Virus record (IMG/VR): IMGVR_UViG_3300031951_000060
Span: 36,598-100,597 of that record
DNA: 64,000 nucleotides
Strand: one strand, 5' to 3'
From: a virus
In this document: positions 1-10,800 of the stretch, piece by piece
Layout: every line of letters begins with the position of its first letter
Numbering within the stretch: the first letter of the stretch is position 1
Made by a program: the position numbers and the translations under genes
Notes under the pieces: model-generated
The model's database searches: none
The model's input: only the letters and a program-made list of their open reading frames with translations
What the model was told of the DNA's origin: nothing

Positions 1-3000
1 CCATCCGATAGAGCAAAGAAATATCGTGGACTAATTACTGCTATATTCCAAGATAAAGTTCCAGGATTTATGGCTGGAAGGCTTCCGTGGGGAAATGCAC
101 ATCCAATAAAGCAATCTGGGGCTATAAATATTGGAATGCCAAAAAGTTTTAAAGATGTAACTCAATCAAGACAGATTGCAGATCAAATAGATAAAACGGT
201 CAAGTCTGGCAAATTTGGTTCCATGCCACCAACAGACTTTGGAACATTAATCCAGCCATTCTCTGGTAGAAGTTTCCCGATCCGTGGAGTTGGCGGGGTA
301 TATAGAAAGCCTAACGGAGAACTAGTAGTAGTAAAGCCTACAATGGATGAAAAGACTGCTTTAGCAGAATTAAGGGCTACCCAAATAGCAAGAGAGGCAC
401 ATGGATTAATTGCTCCAAAACAGTCAATAAAAACTATGATTGACCCAACAGATGCAACAGGAAAAAGAAAAATAATTGTTTTAGAATCTCCTTACGACCC
501 AAGAATTGCTGAAGCAACTGGCAAATTTACTAAAAAGGATATGATTTCTCAATTAGTTGCATCTACATTAAGAGCAGACAAAGACTTATCTCAGTCAAAC
601 GTGTCTGGCAAAGTGTTGGCAGATGTTGGTACTGCTGGTGTATTTGATAGAGCATCTGGATTTAGAGATTTTGCCAAAGCCCTACCATCTATGGAAGAGC
701 AGGCAATGATTAATCTCCTTGGCGTAAAAGGTGGGGCAAAGAAGTTTTTTGCACAACAGACATCTGGCATAGCAGCAAAAATGAGTCCTAAACAGTATAA
801 TGAAGAAATTATTAAGGAAATTGATAGAGTCCTTCCTAGACTAAAAAATACTATTGCAAAATTTGATTTAAATCCAGCAGAACAAATAGTTTATCAAAAT
901 ATGATAAAGAGGCTAGAGGATGGACGAAAGGTAGATTGGTCAAAACTACACTCAATTCATTCTAAGGCTGGAGAGTCAATTAAAAAACTTGAGGTCGGTC
1001 AAAATAAAAAAACATATCAAGATGTTATAGATGCTCAAACTAAAAAGTTTGCCTTGGGCAATTTTGAAGAATTAAAGTCAGATCCAACTTCTAAAAATCA
1101 AATAGATACAATTGTAAAAAGATTGGCAAAAGACTCAGTCGATGAATTAGAAAAATTAAAAACTTCTAATCCTAAACAGTATGACTTAATCACAGACTTA
1201 TTACGTAAAAAGAAAATAAATAATGTTACACAGCATGATTTGCTCAAATTTGTTAAAGATGAAATGGTATATAAAGATGGATTATATTATGATAAAAAGT
1301 CTATTGAGGCAGGAACTACTCCAGCATCTGCAGGAAAGACATACGAGCAAGTCAGGAAAAATGTTTTATACAGACTTGGGCTTTTAGAAAAAGATGGTCA
1401 ATTCTCTAATATTAAAAAAATGACTGTATCAAAACTTAGATTTGATATGAGTCCTACTGATAAAAAGAGTGGTGGATGGAAACAGTCTATACCAAAAGAT
1501 TCTTTATTGTATAAAGTTTTAAGTGCAGAAGAAAAAAGATTTAAAGAAGAAAATGCTGCACAAGGGAAAAAGACTGACCCACTAAGATCCGTTAAAGAAA
1601 CAATGAAGGCTCTTGGATACACAGATAAAGAGATTGCCTATCAGTTAAGACCAGAACTTTCTCATATATCAAAAACTGGTGAATCTGGAAGAGGTGCAGA
1701 AAAATGGCTTAAGGGTACTGCATTATTTGATGCCAGGTTATTAAATAACTACATGAATACTGAAAAACGAGCCACAAATATTTTAGATTGGAACGACCAA
1801 AATAAGAATCCGTTAGGATTAACAAGAGATCAAATTAAAACATTCAGAAGTGCTGCAGACTTTATGTCAACTCAAACTCATCCAACAACAGAAGCACAGG
1901 TTAGGCTTGTTCGTTCTGCAACACAACTTGATATGATTGCTGAAGATTATTTAAATAAGCAACCAAGAAAGCCAAAGAAGTTCCCAGACCTAGGACAGGT
2001 TAGACAGTCAAGAGCATTGGCACAATTAATTGATGATAGGCTTGGAACTAGATATTATGATAAATGGATACCTAAGTTTAATTTGCCAAGTGGTCCCGCA
2101 AAGTCTCAAAATGTTTTGGTTAATCCAAATAAAGAATATATGGTTGATACAAAAACTGGAGCAATTACTAAATTAAATATTTCAAACACAGGAAGTAGGC
2201 CTCTAGGCGCTGTTGCTGATACAGGTAATACAAATGATAGAAGAGTAGTTACAGAAACTGCTACAAGAAGAGTTGCTACTGCAGGACAGGCCCGTGCATT
2301 TGCAGGAAGAACTCCTTTTGTCATGCCTGGCAGGGAAGGTGGAGATCCTAGACTTAGTAAAAATGCTCAAGGTCGTGTACAGAAGGCTGTTCAGGATCAA
2401 CAAAGACTGTTGAGATCTCAAAATAAATTTACAGAGCAACAAATTAGAGATGCTCTAAAAAGATTTAGACAAGTAAAAATACAAGAAGAATTGGCTGCTG
2501 CTAATGCACGAAAGAAGGCTCAATTAGACAGGGAAGAAATACGTAATCGTCAAACAAAACAGATTAGCGAAAAGCAAAAAGCAAAACAAGAAAGAGCAGA
2601 GCGTAAAGCAATCAGGCAAGAAAAGGTAGGAAGGTTCTCTGGAGGGGCCTCAATGGCCCTAGGAACTGCTGGTATGGCTGCAATGATGTCTGGCAATGCT
2701 GGAATGGGTATGGGGCTTATGGGGGCTTCAGCAGTGGCTGGTATGGCTCCAATGCTTGCTGGCATGGGGCCAGTTGGATGGGCCGTCACTGGTGTAACTG
2801 CTGCTGCTGGAGCATTTTATTTAGCAGATAAGGCAGCACAAAAAGCAGCAGAGTCTCAATCTAAATATGTTGATTCTATAACCGCTACAACTGAAAAAAT
2901 GTCTCAGGTTGGACAACTTACAAATAAGGTCGGGGCCAGCGAAATATATTCTAGAAAGAGACAAACCTCTGCTGCGGATAGGTATACCACTGGTTTTGAA

Positions 3001-6000
3001 AGAGGAAAAGAGCAATTTGGCGAAACATTTATAGAAAGCGAAGTAGGAAAATCAGTTTTTGAAGGGTTTAAAAAGAATCTAACTTTGGGCGGTATAGATG
3101 CTGTTAAAGCAATATCGGTACAGTTAGCAGCATATGTGTCTGATGGAGTTATGACTGCAGAGCAAGCACATAGTGTTGCGTCACAAATTGGAATTGAACT
3201 AAATAATACAACACTAATTTCTCAAATTAGTGGCCAACTATTAGACCTTATTGGTCCAGAAGGGCAGAATTTAATTACAGATCCTTTAACAGTTAGAATG
3301 AACTTGGTTCAGGCACAAATGGATCTTGCACAATCTGGAAATAAGAATTTGATGGAAGAATTTGCTAAGAGTGGCATCAATGAAGATTCATGGGCGTGGA
3401 TTACAGATATGTTTGTTGAGACAGACTATGATAAAATGTCTTCTCAACTAGCAGCAATTAATACTCAAAATCTTGAATTAAATTTGGCTCAACAAGATTC
3501 ATTATCTAAGCAGTATGATACTGAACTTAAAAAGTTGCAGGCACAAAAGGCAGCAACTACAGATAAGGCAAAACAAAAGAAAATTGATGATGAAATAGAG
3601 AATGTAGAAAAAAGAAGGCAATCTGGGCTAGAGGCACTCAGGGCAAAAAATAAAGAAATTTTAGATGATCAACTTAAAACATATAATATTGCAAGTCAAA
3701 ATTCTTCTTTAAAGAATGCATTTTTTGATTCTCTAAATGCACAAGTAAAAACTAAATATGAGGGCAATCCTTTTCTTGATTCATTTTTAGATAAATCGGC
3801 AGGACTAAAGTCAGAAGAACTAGAAGTAAAGATTAAAACAATAGTTGCTGCAGGCGATCTTGGGGTAGAAAGTGGACAAAGAATAATTGAAATTTTTGGA
3901 GATGATGAAGAAGGTCTAGAAACAACTTTAGATCTTGCATTAACTAAACATGATCCAGGGTCGGTCACACAATTAATCAATGGTTTGGGTGGAGTTGAAA
4001 ATGAAGTAGCCAAAAAAGTTTTAGTTGATGTTATGAGTAAAGATCCTAAAGAATTTGACAAGACAGCATCAGCCATAGCATTGGTACAAAAAATGGCTGG
4101 AAAAGAAATAAACATTGACACATTTTTCTCTAATAAAGATGCAGATGGAAATGAGATTGATCCTCTTGCTAAACTTAATGATTTGACAAAATCTTTAGAG
4201 GCTGTTGAGCAAATTGAAACCCCTATTACAAAAACAGCCCTAATTCAAATGAAAGAGGTTGGTGGCGTATCTTTAGACGGAATTCTGCCATTATGGGATC
4301 AATGGGAAAATCTACCAGATGAAACTAAAAAGACTGTGCTACAAGAATATGTAACTGTATATAAGACTATTACAGAGGGTGACGTAGATGCTGAAATTAA
4401 AAAGAGGGTAGCAGCAGCAGGTGGCGGTGACACGGTTCAAAGATATTACTCAACTGAAGGAGCCAGAGAATCTGTAAGGCAGCAACTTGCTGGAGCAAGA
4501 ACTATGCAGCAGGTTAACCAAGATATTGCATCAGCAGAATCTAAAATAACAGACGATGACGGTGGTGGAGGCAAAAAAGAAGATCCATATGAATGGTTGC
4601 TTACAAGATTAAAGAATGTTAGAAATGCAGCAATAAATGCTGCTGGAGGACTTGGCGAATTAAATAAGGCATTAGCAAAATCAGGCTCTAAGTCAGTAAA
4701 AAATAAATTTATGGGTATAGAGCAGCAATTAATGGGTATGAATATGAATAGACAATTCATAGACTGGGTTACTGGCATGGATCCAAAAGAGCAGGCTAAG
4801 TATGTTAAAACTGCTACAAAGAAAAATGTTAATCCGTTTACTGGTAAAAAAGAAAAAGGCATTAAAGTTGGACAAACTGTTCTAAGTTCTCAGGCTAAGA
4901 AATATGAAAAAGGACTTGATGCTGCAATAGTTGGAGACTTTAATGTTGCACAACAAAGAACACTGGATAATATTAAATATCAAGAACAAGCATATAGAAA
5001 GTTAGTTGCTGCTGGATATGATAATTTAACAATTCAGAGAATTCTTGAAGATGAGTATATGACTCAGCAAATTGCAATAGGACAAATAACTAAGGAAGAA
5101 TTAACAACAAATGCAGAATTAACAAAGCAGGTTTCAATTAGACAAAGAATTAATGGGTTAATCTCAAACGGACGAGATGCTTTACAACAACAAGCAAACA
5201 TTAAACAAATACCAGATGTTGTAAAGTTTTTTGAAAAAATGTCTAAAGAAGGAATGACCCTTTCATCTGGAGCATTAACTAGTTTGATAGGAGATCCAGA
5301 GCAACTATCAGGAGCAATTGCTGCCATGGAAGATTATGAAAGTGGTGCAGAGGGGGCAAGAGATAGACTTAAAGAGATTGTAGATGGACTTAATGCTATT
5401 AAGGCAAATTCTGATATTAAGATAGTGATAGACTATGTGCAAAAAAATCTTGCAGAAAAGGCACAGGCTGGAAAAGAAGCAGCAGAAAGAGTTCTCTCTG
5501 CAAAACGCAGCATATACTCAAACTTAACAGTTGGAGAACTTGGTGCTCAAACTGTAAAAAATCCTCTAACTGGAAATATAACTCAGGTAGGCAAATTAGC
5601 GCAAGCAAAAGTTAATGCACGATTTGCTACTTCTGCTGGTGGCCCAGGAGTCCCAACTAATATTGCTGGTCAGACACTTTCTGGAGTTCAAAAGCAAAGA
5701 GAAGAACTCGCAAGAAGAATGCAGGCTGTTCAGTTAAAGACAAGAGATATTCAGTCAAGATATTCCTCAGCACAGGACGACTTATCAAAGGCTCAAGATA
5801 ATTTAGAAAAGGCATTAGATGCTGTCGATACCAAATATGATGGATTAATTGAAACTCAAAAAGATAAGATTGATTCTATAGAAGAGCAAATAAAAACTCA
5901 ATTTGATGATAAGATTACTGTACTAAATAAAGAAAGTGGTAAGTTAAGTAATGATCTTGCCATTATGGATAATTTAGCAGAAAAAATTAATACCAAATAT

Positions 6001-7239
6001 GACAAGCAAATTGAGGCTTTGCAAAAGGTTAGTGATATAAATCAAGATATTGCAAATAGCCAAAGACAGCAATTAGATTTAGCAGATGCCCTGTCTCAAG
6101 GCGATATTGCTGCTGCTGCCCGTGCAGCACAAGAAATGAGAGCAAGTTCATCGGAGTCTATGCTTAATGCTCAAATGTCTGGGCTTGATCAGGCTAGACA
6201 AAGAGAGTTAGGTGCACTTCGTGGCGCAGAATCTGGAATGACAAGAGAGCAAATATCTGAACGTCAATTCCAAATAACTCAAGAGATATATAGATTAGAA
6301 AATGATCCAGCACGTTTGTTATTAGAGCAACAACTACAGGCTGCTCAAGCAGAAATAACTAGACTAGAAAAAGAAAGAGTAGTAGAACTTGACAAAGCCA
6401 GAGTTTTAAATGAAAAAGCAATTGCTGATGCACAAGCATTAGTTGATAAGATTAAAATAGAATTAGAAGATCAAAATAAGATTTTGGCTACACTAGAAAA
6501 ACAAGACTTAGAGTTGGAGTCGCAAGAAACATACTTGCAATCAATAGTTGATGAGGCGATTGCATTAGATGATAGCACAGGAATGACTCTTGAAAAGTGG
6601 GAAGAGACGATAACTAAGTTAATTGACGTAGAGGCTTTGGCACAAGATTATGCAATTGCTTTGGCTGCAGCCGAAGATTCAGCAGCCGCAGCAGACGCAT
6701 CTTGGCAGAGTATTTTAACTACCATCAATTCTATACCAGAAAGTGTAACAACTACACATATCATTAATGAAATTAGAAACATTACTGAAAATATTACACA
6801 ATATGTTCATACTGTTTATACCAGCAGTGGGAATACTGGTGGCAATAACGGTGGCAATAACGGTGGTAATAATGGAAATAGCGGATCAACTGGAAACAAC
6901 TCTGGCGGAGGCGGAGGAGACTTTGGACTTACCTTCATGTCAACTGGTGGAATAGTTAAGGCAAAATACTTTGCAAATGGTGGAAGGCCATTAGGTAGTG
7001 ATATTGTTCCAGCAATGTTGACGCCAGGTGAATTCGTTATGAGCAGATATGCGGTTGAAAAGTATGGGCTAGACACTATGAAGGCAATAAATGGCGGAGA
7101 AATGTCAGGCGACTCAGTGTATAATTATAGTATTAACGTAAATGTTAAGTCTGATGCTAATCCTGATGAAATTGCTAGAGCAGTAATGACACAGATTAAA
7201 CAGGTAGATTCAAAGAAACTTAGGGGAGCACGTATATAA
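1..7239 (+). CDS. Tail tape measure protein (5' truncated by window), with inserted kinase-like and nuclease-like modules
   Basis: Frame is open from base 1 (PSDRAKKYRGLITAIFQDKVPGF precedes the tracked Met). Long helical/coiled-coil body, hydrophobic Gly/Ala segment (GMAAMMSG...WAVTGVTAAAG), C-terminal TMP motif FANGG..SDIVPAMLTPGEFVM; followed by tail genes. Confidence 0.85.
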   Translation, partial: PSDRAKKYRGLITAIFQDKVPGFMAGRLPWGNAHPIKQSGAINIGMPKSFKDVTQSRQIADQIDKTVKSGKFGSMPPTDFGTLIQPFSGRSFPIRGVGGVYRKPNGELVVVKPTMDEKTALAELRATQIAREAHGLIAPKQSIKTMIDPTDATGKRKIIVLESPYDPRIAEATGKFTKKDMISQLVASTLRADKDLSQSNVSGKVLADVGTAGVFDRASGFRDFAKALPSMEEQAMINLLGVKGGAKKFFAQQTSGIAAKMSPKQYNEEIIKEIDRVLPRLKNTIAKFDLNPAEQIVYQNMIKRLEDGRKVDWSKLHSIHSKAGESIKKLEVGQNKKTYQDVIDAQTKKFALGNFEELKSDPTSKNQIDTIVKRLAKDSVDELEKLKTSNPKQYDLITDLLRKKKINNVTQHDLLKFVKDEMVYKDGLYYDKKSIEAGTTPASAGKTYEQVRKNVLYRLGLLEKDGQFSNIKKMTVSKLRFDMSPTDKKSGGWKQSIPKDSLLYKVLSAEEKRFKEENAAQGKKTDPLRSVKETMKALGYTDKEIAYQLRPELSHISKTGESGRGAEKWLKGTALFDARLLNNYMNTEKRATNILDWNDQNKNPLGLTRDQIKTFRSAADFMSTQTHPTTEAQVRLVRSATQLDMIAEDYLNKQPRKPKKFPDLGQVRQSRALAQLIDDRLGTRYYDKWIPKFNLPSGPAKSQNVLVNPNKEYMVDTKTGAITKLNISNTGSRPLGAVADTGNTNDRRVVTETATRRVATAGQARAFAGRTPFVMPGREGGDPRLSKNAQGRVQKAVQDQQRLLRSQNKFTEQQIRDALKRFRQVKIQEELAAANARKKAQLDREEIRNRQTKQISEKQKAKQERAERKAIRQEKVGRFSGGASMALGTAGMAAMMSGNAGMGMGLMGASAVAGMAPMLAGMGPVGWAVTGVTAAAGAFYLADKAAQKAAESQSKYVDSITATTEKMSQVGQLTNKVGASEIYSRKRQTSAADRYTTGFERGKEQFGETFIESEVGKSVFEGFKKNLTLGGIDAVKAISVQLAAYVSDGVMTAEQAHSVASQIGIELNNTTLISQISGQLLDLIGPEGQNLITDPLTVRMNLVQAQMDLAQSGNKNLMEEFAKSGINEDSWAWITDMFVETDYDKMSSQLAAINTQNLELNLAQQDSLSKQYDTELKKLQAQKAATTDKAKQKKIDDEIENVEKRRQSGLEALRAKNKEILDDQLKTYNIASQNSSLKNAFFDSLNAQVKTKYEGNPFLDSFLDKSAGLKSEELEVKIKTIVAAGDLGVESGQRIIEIFGDDEEGLETTLDLALTKHDPGSVTQLINGLGGVENEVAKKVLVDVMSKDPKEFDKTASAIALVQKMAGKEINIDTFFSNKDADGNEIDPLAKLNDLTKSLEAVEQIETPITKTALIQMKEVGGVSLDGILPLWDQWENLPDETKKTVLQEYVTVYKTITEGDVDAEIKKRVAAAGGGDTVQRYYSTEGARESVRQQLAGARTMQQVNQDIASAESKITDDDGGGGKKEDPYEWLLTRLKNVRNAAINAAGGLGELNKALAKSGSKSVKNKFMGIEQQLMGMNMNRQFIDWVTGMDPKEQAKYVKTATKKNVNPFTGKKEKGIKVGQTVLSSQAKKYEKGLDAAIVGDFNVAQQRTLDNIKYQEQAYRKLVAAGYDNLTIQRILEDEYMTQQIAIGQITKEELTTNAELTKQVSIRQRINGLISNGRDALQQQANIKQIPDVVKFFEKMSKEGMTLSSGALTSLIGDPEQLSGAIAAMEDYESGAEGARDRLKEIVDGLNAIKANSDIKIVIDYVQKNLAEKAQAGKEAAERVLSAKRSIYSNLTVGELGAQTVKNPLTGNITQVGKLAQAKVNARFATSAGGPGVPTNIAGQTLSGVQKQREELARRMQAVQLKTRDIQSRYSSAQDDLSKAQDNLEKALDAVDTKYDGLIETQKDKIDSIEEQIKTQFDDKITVLNKESGKLSNDLAIMDNLAEKINTKYDKQIEALQKVSDINQDIANSQRQQLDLADALSQGDIAAAARAAQEMRASSSESMLNAQMSGLDQARQRELGALRGAESGMTREQISERQFQITQEIYRLENDPARLLLEQQLQAAQAEITRLEKERVVELDKARVLNEKAIADAQALVDKIKIELEDQNKILATLEKQDLELESQETYLQSIVDEAIALDDSTGMTLEKWEETITKLIDVEALAQDYAIALAAAEDSAAAADASWQSILTTINSIPESVTTTHIINEIRNITENITQYVHTVYTSSGNTGGNNGGNNGGNNGNSGSTGNNSGGGGGDFGLTFMSTGGIVKAKYFANGGRPLGSDIVPAMLTPGEFVMSRYAVEKYGLDTMKAINGGEMSGDSVYNYSINVNVKSDANPDEIARAVMTQIKQVDSKKLRGARI
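6838..6873 (+). repeat. 3x 12-bp tandem repeat encoding a GGNN linker
   Basis: ggtggcaataac ggtggcaataac ggtggtaataat. Confidence 0.8.
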
Positions 7240-7895
7240 TGGCAACATCTCAATACATGTCTGGTAGGAAAAAGTATCAAAGACCGCAGGCAATGCTTTG
7301 GTCTGAGAATTCTGGTACCCTAATTAACGGTGTTTATGTACCAAATGGGCTAGAGATAGGTCAAGATCCAGGTTCTGAATCTGATCAGTCTGTTTATGAT
7401 CAATTTTTAATATTATCAGATGATAACAGGAGTTCTATTGACTTTACCCCAACAAGAATAGAAACAAGAGAAAGAATGATTAATGGTCGTATGAGATCAT
7501 ATCATGTTGCAGATAAATTAACTATTAATACATCTTGGAATATGCTTCCTTCAAGATCATATTTTACATCTCCAGATTTCAATGCAACTACTGGAATTTC
7601 TCCACATAATGGATATGGTAGCCCAACGGGGGCTGATTTGCAATACACTACAGATGGTGGAGCAGGAGGAGTTGAGATATTAGATTGGTATGAAAATCAC
7701 CAAGGCCCTTTTTGGGTATATCTTGCATATGATAAATATTCTAATTTTAATAAAGACTCTAATCCATATGCACATTTACCACAATACAATCAATTAATAC
7801 AAATGTATTTTTCTGATTTTAATTATAGTGTTGTAAAGCGTGGCGGAACTAATTTTGATTTCTGGAATATAAGTGTAACACTGGAAGAGGTATAA
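7239..7895 (+). CDS. Minor tail protein (distal-tail-like position)
   Basis: 218 aa, TAATG-coupled directly after TMP. Confidence 0.6.
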   Translation: MATSQYMSGRKKYQRPQAMLWSENSGTLINGVYVPNGLEIGQDPGSESDQSVYDQFLILSDDNRSSIDFTPTRIETRERMINGRMRSYHVADKLTINTSWNMLPSRSYFTSPDFNATTGISPHNGYGSPTGADLQYTTDGGAGGVEILDWYENHQGPFWVYLAYDKYSNFNKDSNPYAHLPQYNQLIQMYFSDFNYSVVKRGGTNFDFWNISVTLEEV

Positions 7896-10800
7896 TGTTT
7901 CAGGCTGAAGAATTAAAATTACATTTAGAGAGTTCTTCAACAATAAGAACTCAAACCGCCATTATCGCTGAATGGAATATGAATATAGCAAACAACATAT
8001 TCAGAATTGGCAACTATAGATATAGGCCATCATCAGACTCATCTGATAAATATAAAATAATTCCAAATACTTTTGACGTTAATGATCTTGGCAATTTCTA
8101 TACTGGTGCAACAGATGCCGATATCATAATAGATGGCGGAGTTAGTCCAGAAGACAATGATCAGCCATGGTTTTTATTTCCACAAAATAAAAAAAATAAA
8201 ATGTTGTATTCGCTAGAAGATTGTTTTAAAAAATTTAGACCAAGATCTGGAATTAATAAGGCTGTTTATTTTCCAGGAAGAAAACTACACCATTCTAATC
8301 TAAACATGTCTAATCGCCCCAGATACTACATGGCAGACAAAAATGATAACTTTAAATATTGGACATCTTTTAGAACAGATAGTGGTACATTAAGGGGCAT
8401 AGCAAACAAGCCTTTGAACGGGCAGCAGTATATAGATGATGCCGCACCATTTGTTGTGTATGATAACCCAGTACCATCTAATAGGGTCATTATAAAAATG
8501 CAAACAAATGTTGGCTCAGTTGACCTGGGTCCCTTCTCAAACTCCTCTGGTTCATTTTCAGATCCCTTGTATGGAGAGCAAAATAAGACAACTCCAGTTA
8601 AGTGGAAAGTTCAATCTCTACAAAATAATAATTGGGTGGATATTATTAGTTTTAATTCTGGCAGTAGAAGAAGAAATGGTACACCGATTATTAAAAGTGA
8701 CGGATATGTAGAACTATCTTATGGGCTAAAGGTTCCTGAAAAGTATCGTGATTATTTTGTTCGTGCTGAAGAATATACACATGAAGATTTTCTGCCAGAA
8801 AAATCAATAAACGGATATGCATATTTAATTAAGGAAAATGAAGAAGATCTTGGCGTTTATCATATATGGTTTAATAGCGCATGGGAAACTTTTACGCCAG
8901 AATATGGGTGGCTTTTAGAAGAAGAAACAGTAGATAGACTAACAAATTTTGTTACAAATTTTGTAGACCCATTTAAATTTATATCTGATTCAGATGGAAG
9001 ATCTATATTCCGTGAATTTGAATATATAAAAGGGCTAAGAATTGTAGTCGATACAATGAACAAAGTAGACTCTACTTTCGATCTTATTGAACTTTCTCCA
9101 AGACTTTCTGCCGATATTACAGATACTGTGGTTGGTTTCGATGTATCAAAGACTGCCTCTGATTTAGGGGCAAGTGGCTTGCCAGTTGGACAATTACTGG
9201 CATCAACTGGTACTATTAATATATTTGATTATAATAATTCATTTAATGAAAATAATACTAATAGCATAATTAGTCCTTATACCTCTCAAAACATCCAGAT
9301 TAAGTTTTATGATGTTGTTGTTAATGTAGATGGTTATGATTACTTTGTACCCATCAAAACCATGTATTCAGAAGGATTTCCCTCATATTCTCATTCTGAC
9401 AGGAAAGTAGATTTAACCCTTAGAGATTTATACTTTTATTTTGAATCATTAAAGGCACCAGAAATGTTAGTGACCAATGTTTCTTTGAGTTATGCTATCT
9501 CTTTGTTGTTAGATTCTGTAGGCTTTTCTAATTATGTTTTTAAGCGGATCAATGGAGAAAAAGAGTTAATTATTCCTTTTTTCTATATACCACCAGACAA
9601 AACAGTTGCAGAAATACTAAATGATTTAGCAATTTCTAGTCAAACTGCTATGTTTTTTGATGAATATAATAATTTTGTTATGATGAGTAAAAATTATATG
9701 TTGCCAGATGTATCACAAAGAGATATAGACATAACTTTGCGTGGTTCTGACGACTTTATAGACTCTGGAGTTATTGAGAATAAAAATAAAAATATTTCTT
9801 TGACTAACATTGTAGACATTTCATCTGAGGATAGGAATGTATATAATGATGGGGTAATTAACTATAGCACAAGATATATCCAAAGATCATACGGAAGCAT
9901 TAAGCAAGCCTCAATGATAGATAATGAGGTCGCTGCAAAAAATTGGATATATAAACCAGCCCTTCTATGGGAAGTTTCTGGAGATCAGAATATAAGATCA
10001 ATCAATAATGAGGTAAGTGATCAATCATCATATAACTTAGCGGCGATTCCGCTAAACTCAAATTTAACCTCTGCAGTTCCAGAGGTAGTTGGAAATAGAC
10101 TAACTAACAATGTAATAGACTTGGGCGAAGCAGTATATTGGCTTGGAAGATATAACGGATATCTTTACGCAAATGGTGAAATAATTAAATTTGATGCCGT
10201 TCAGTATAATATACCTGGAGCAGAAAAAAATATTATTAAAGAAGAATTAAATGGTACCATATCCTACACAACGCAAACTGTTGGGGCGGTAGGGAATGTC
10301 TGGATTAGTAGTAACCAAGAGTACCAAGACTATATGTCAAAATTAGTGTTTAATGGAAAGATTTATCCAACAGGTCTTGTTCGTATATATGCGGAGCCAA
10401 AGTATGAAGACATTAACGGTATAACTGTAATGAAAAATGGACCAGTTACAACACATGGTCGTGGACAATTTGGCACAGAGATTGTTGAGCACAGCGCTGG
10501 CTTATCCAATGAATGGAAGAGCGACTCTTTTGTTCGTGGTGTTAATATGGAAAGTAAGCATTTATTTGGTTTGACTAATGGAGATATTTTAGATAATTCT
10601 GCTATTGCGTCAAAGTCTTTGACAACGGGGGTTGCTGGAGCAAATAACACAAAAGCAAAAGATAATACTAGAAGTAGTATTATTAAAAACTTTTTGTCAT
10701 ATTCATATTTAAATGAGTCACAAAATAATACAAATAAATCGACACAGGCTGGATCAGTTCAATCTTCAGCATTAGTTATGGCTGGACCATCATTTAGTAC

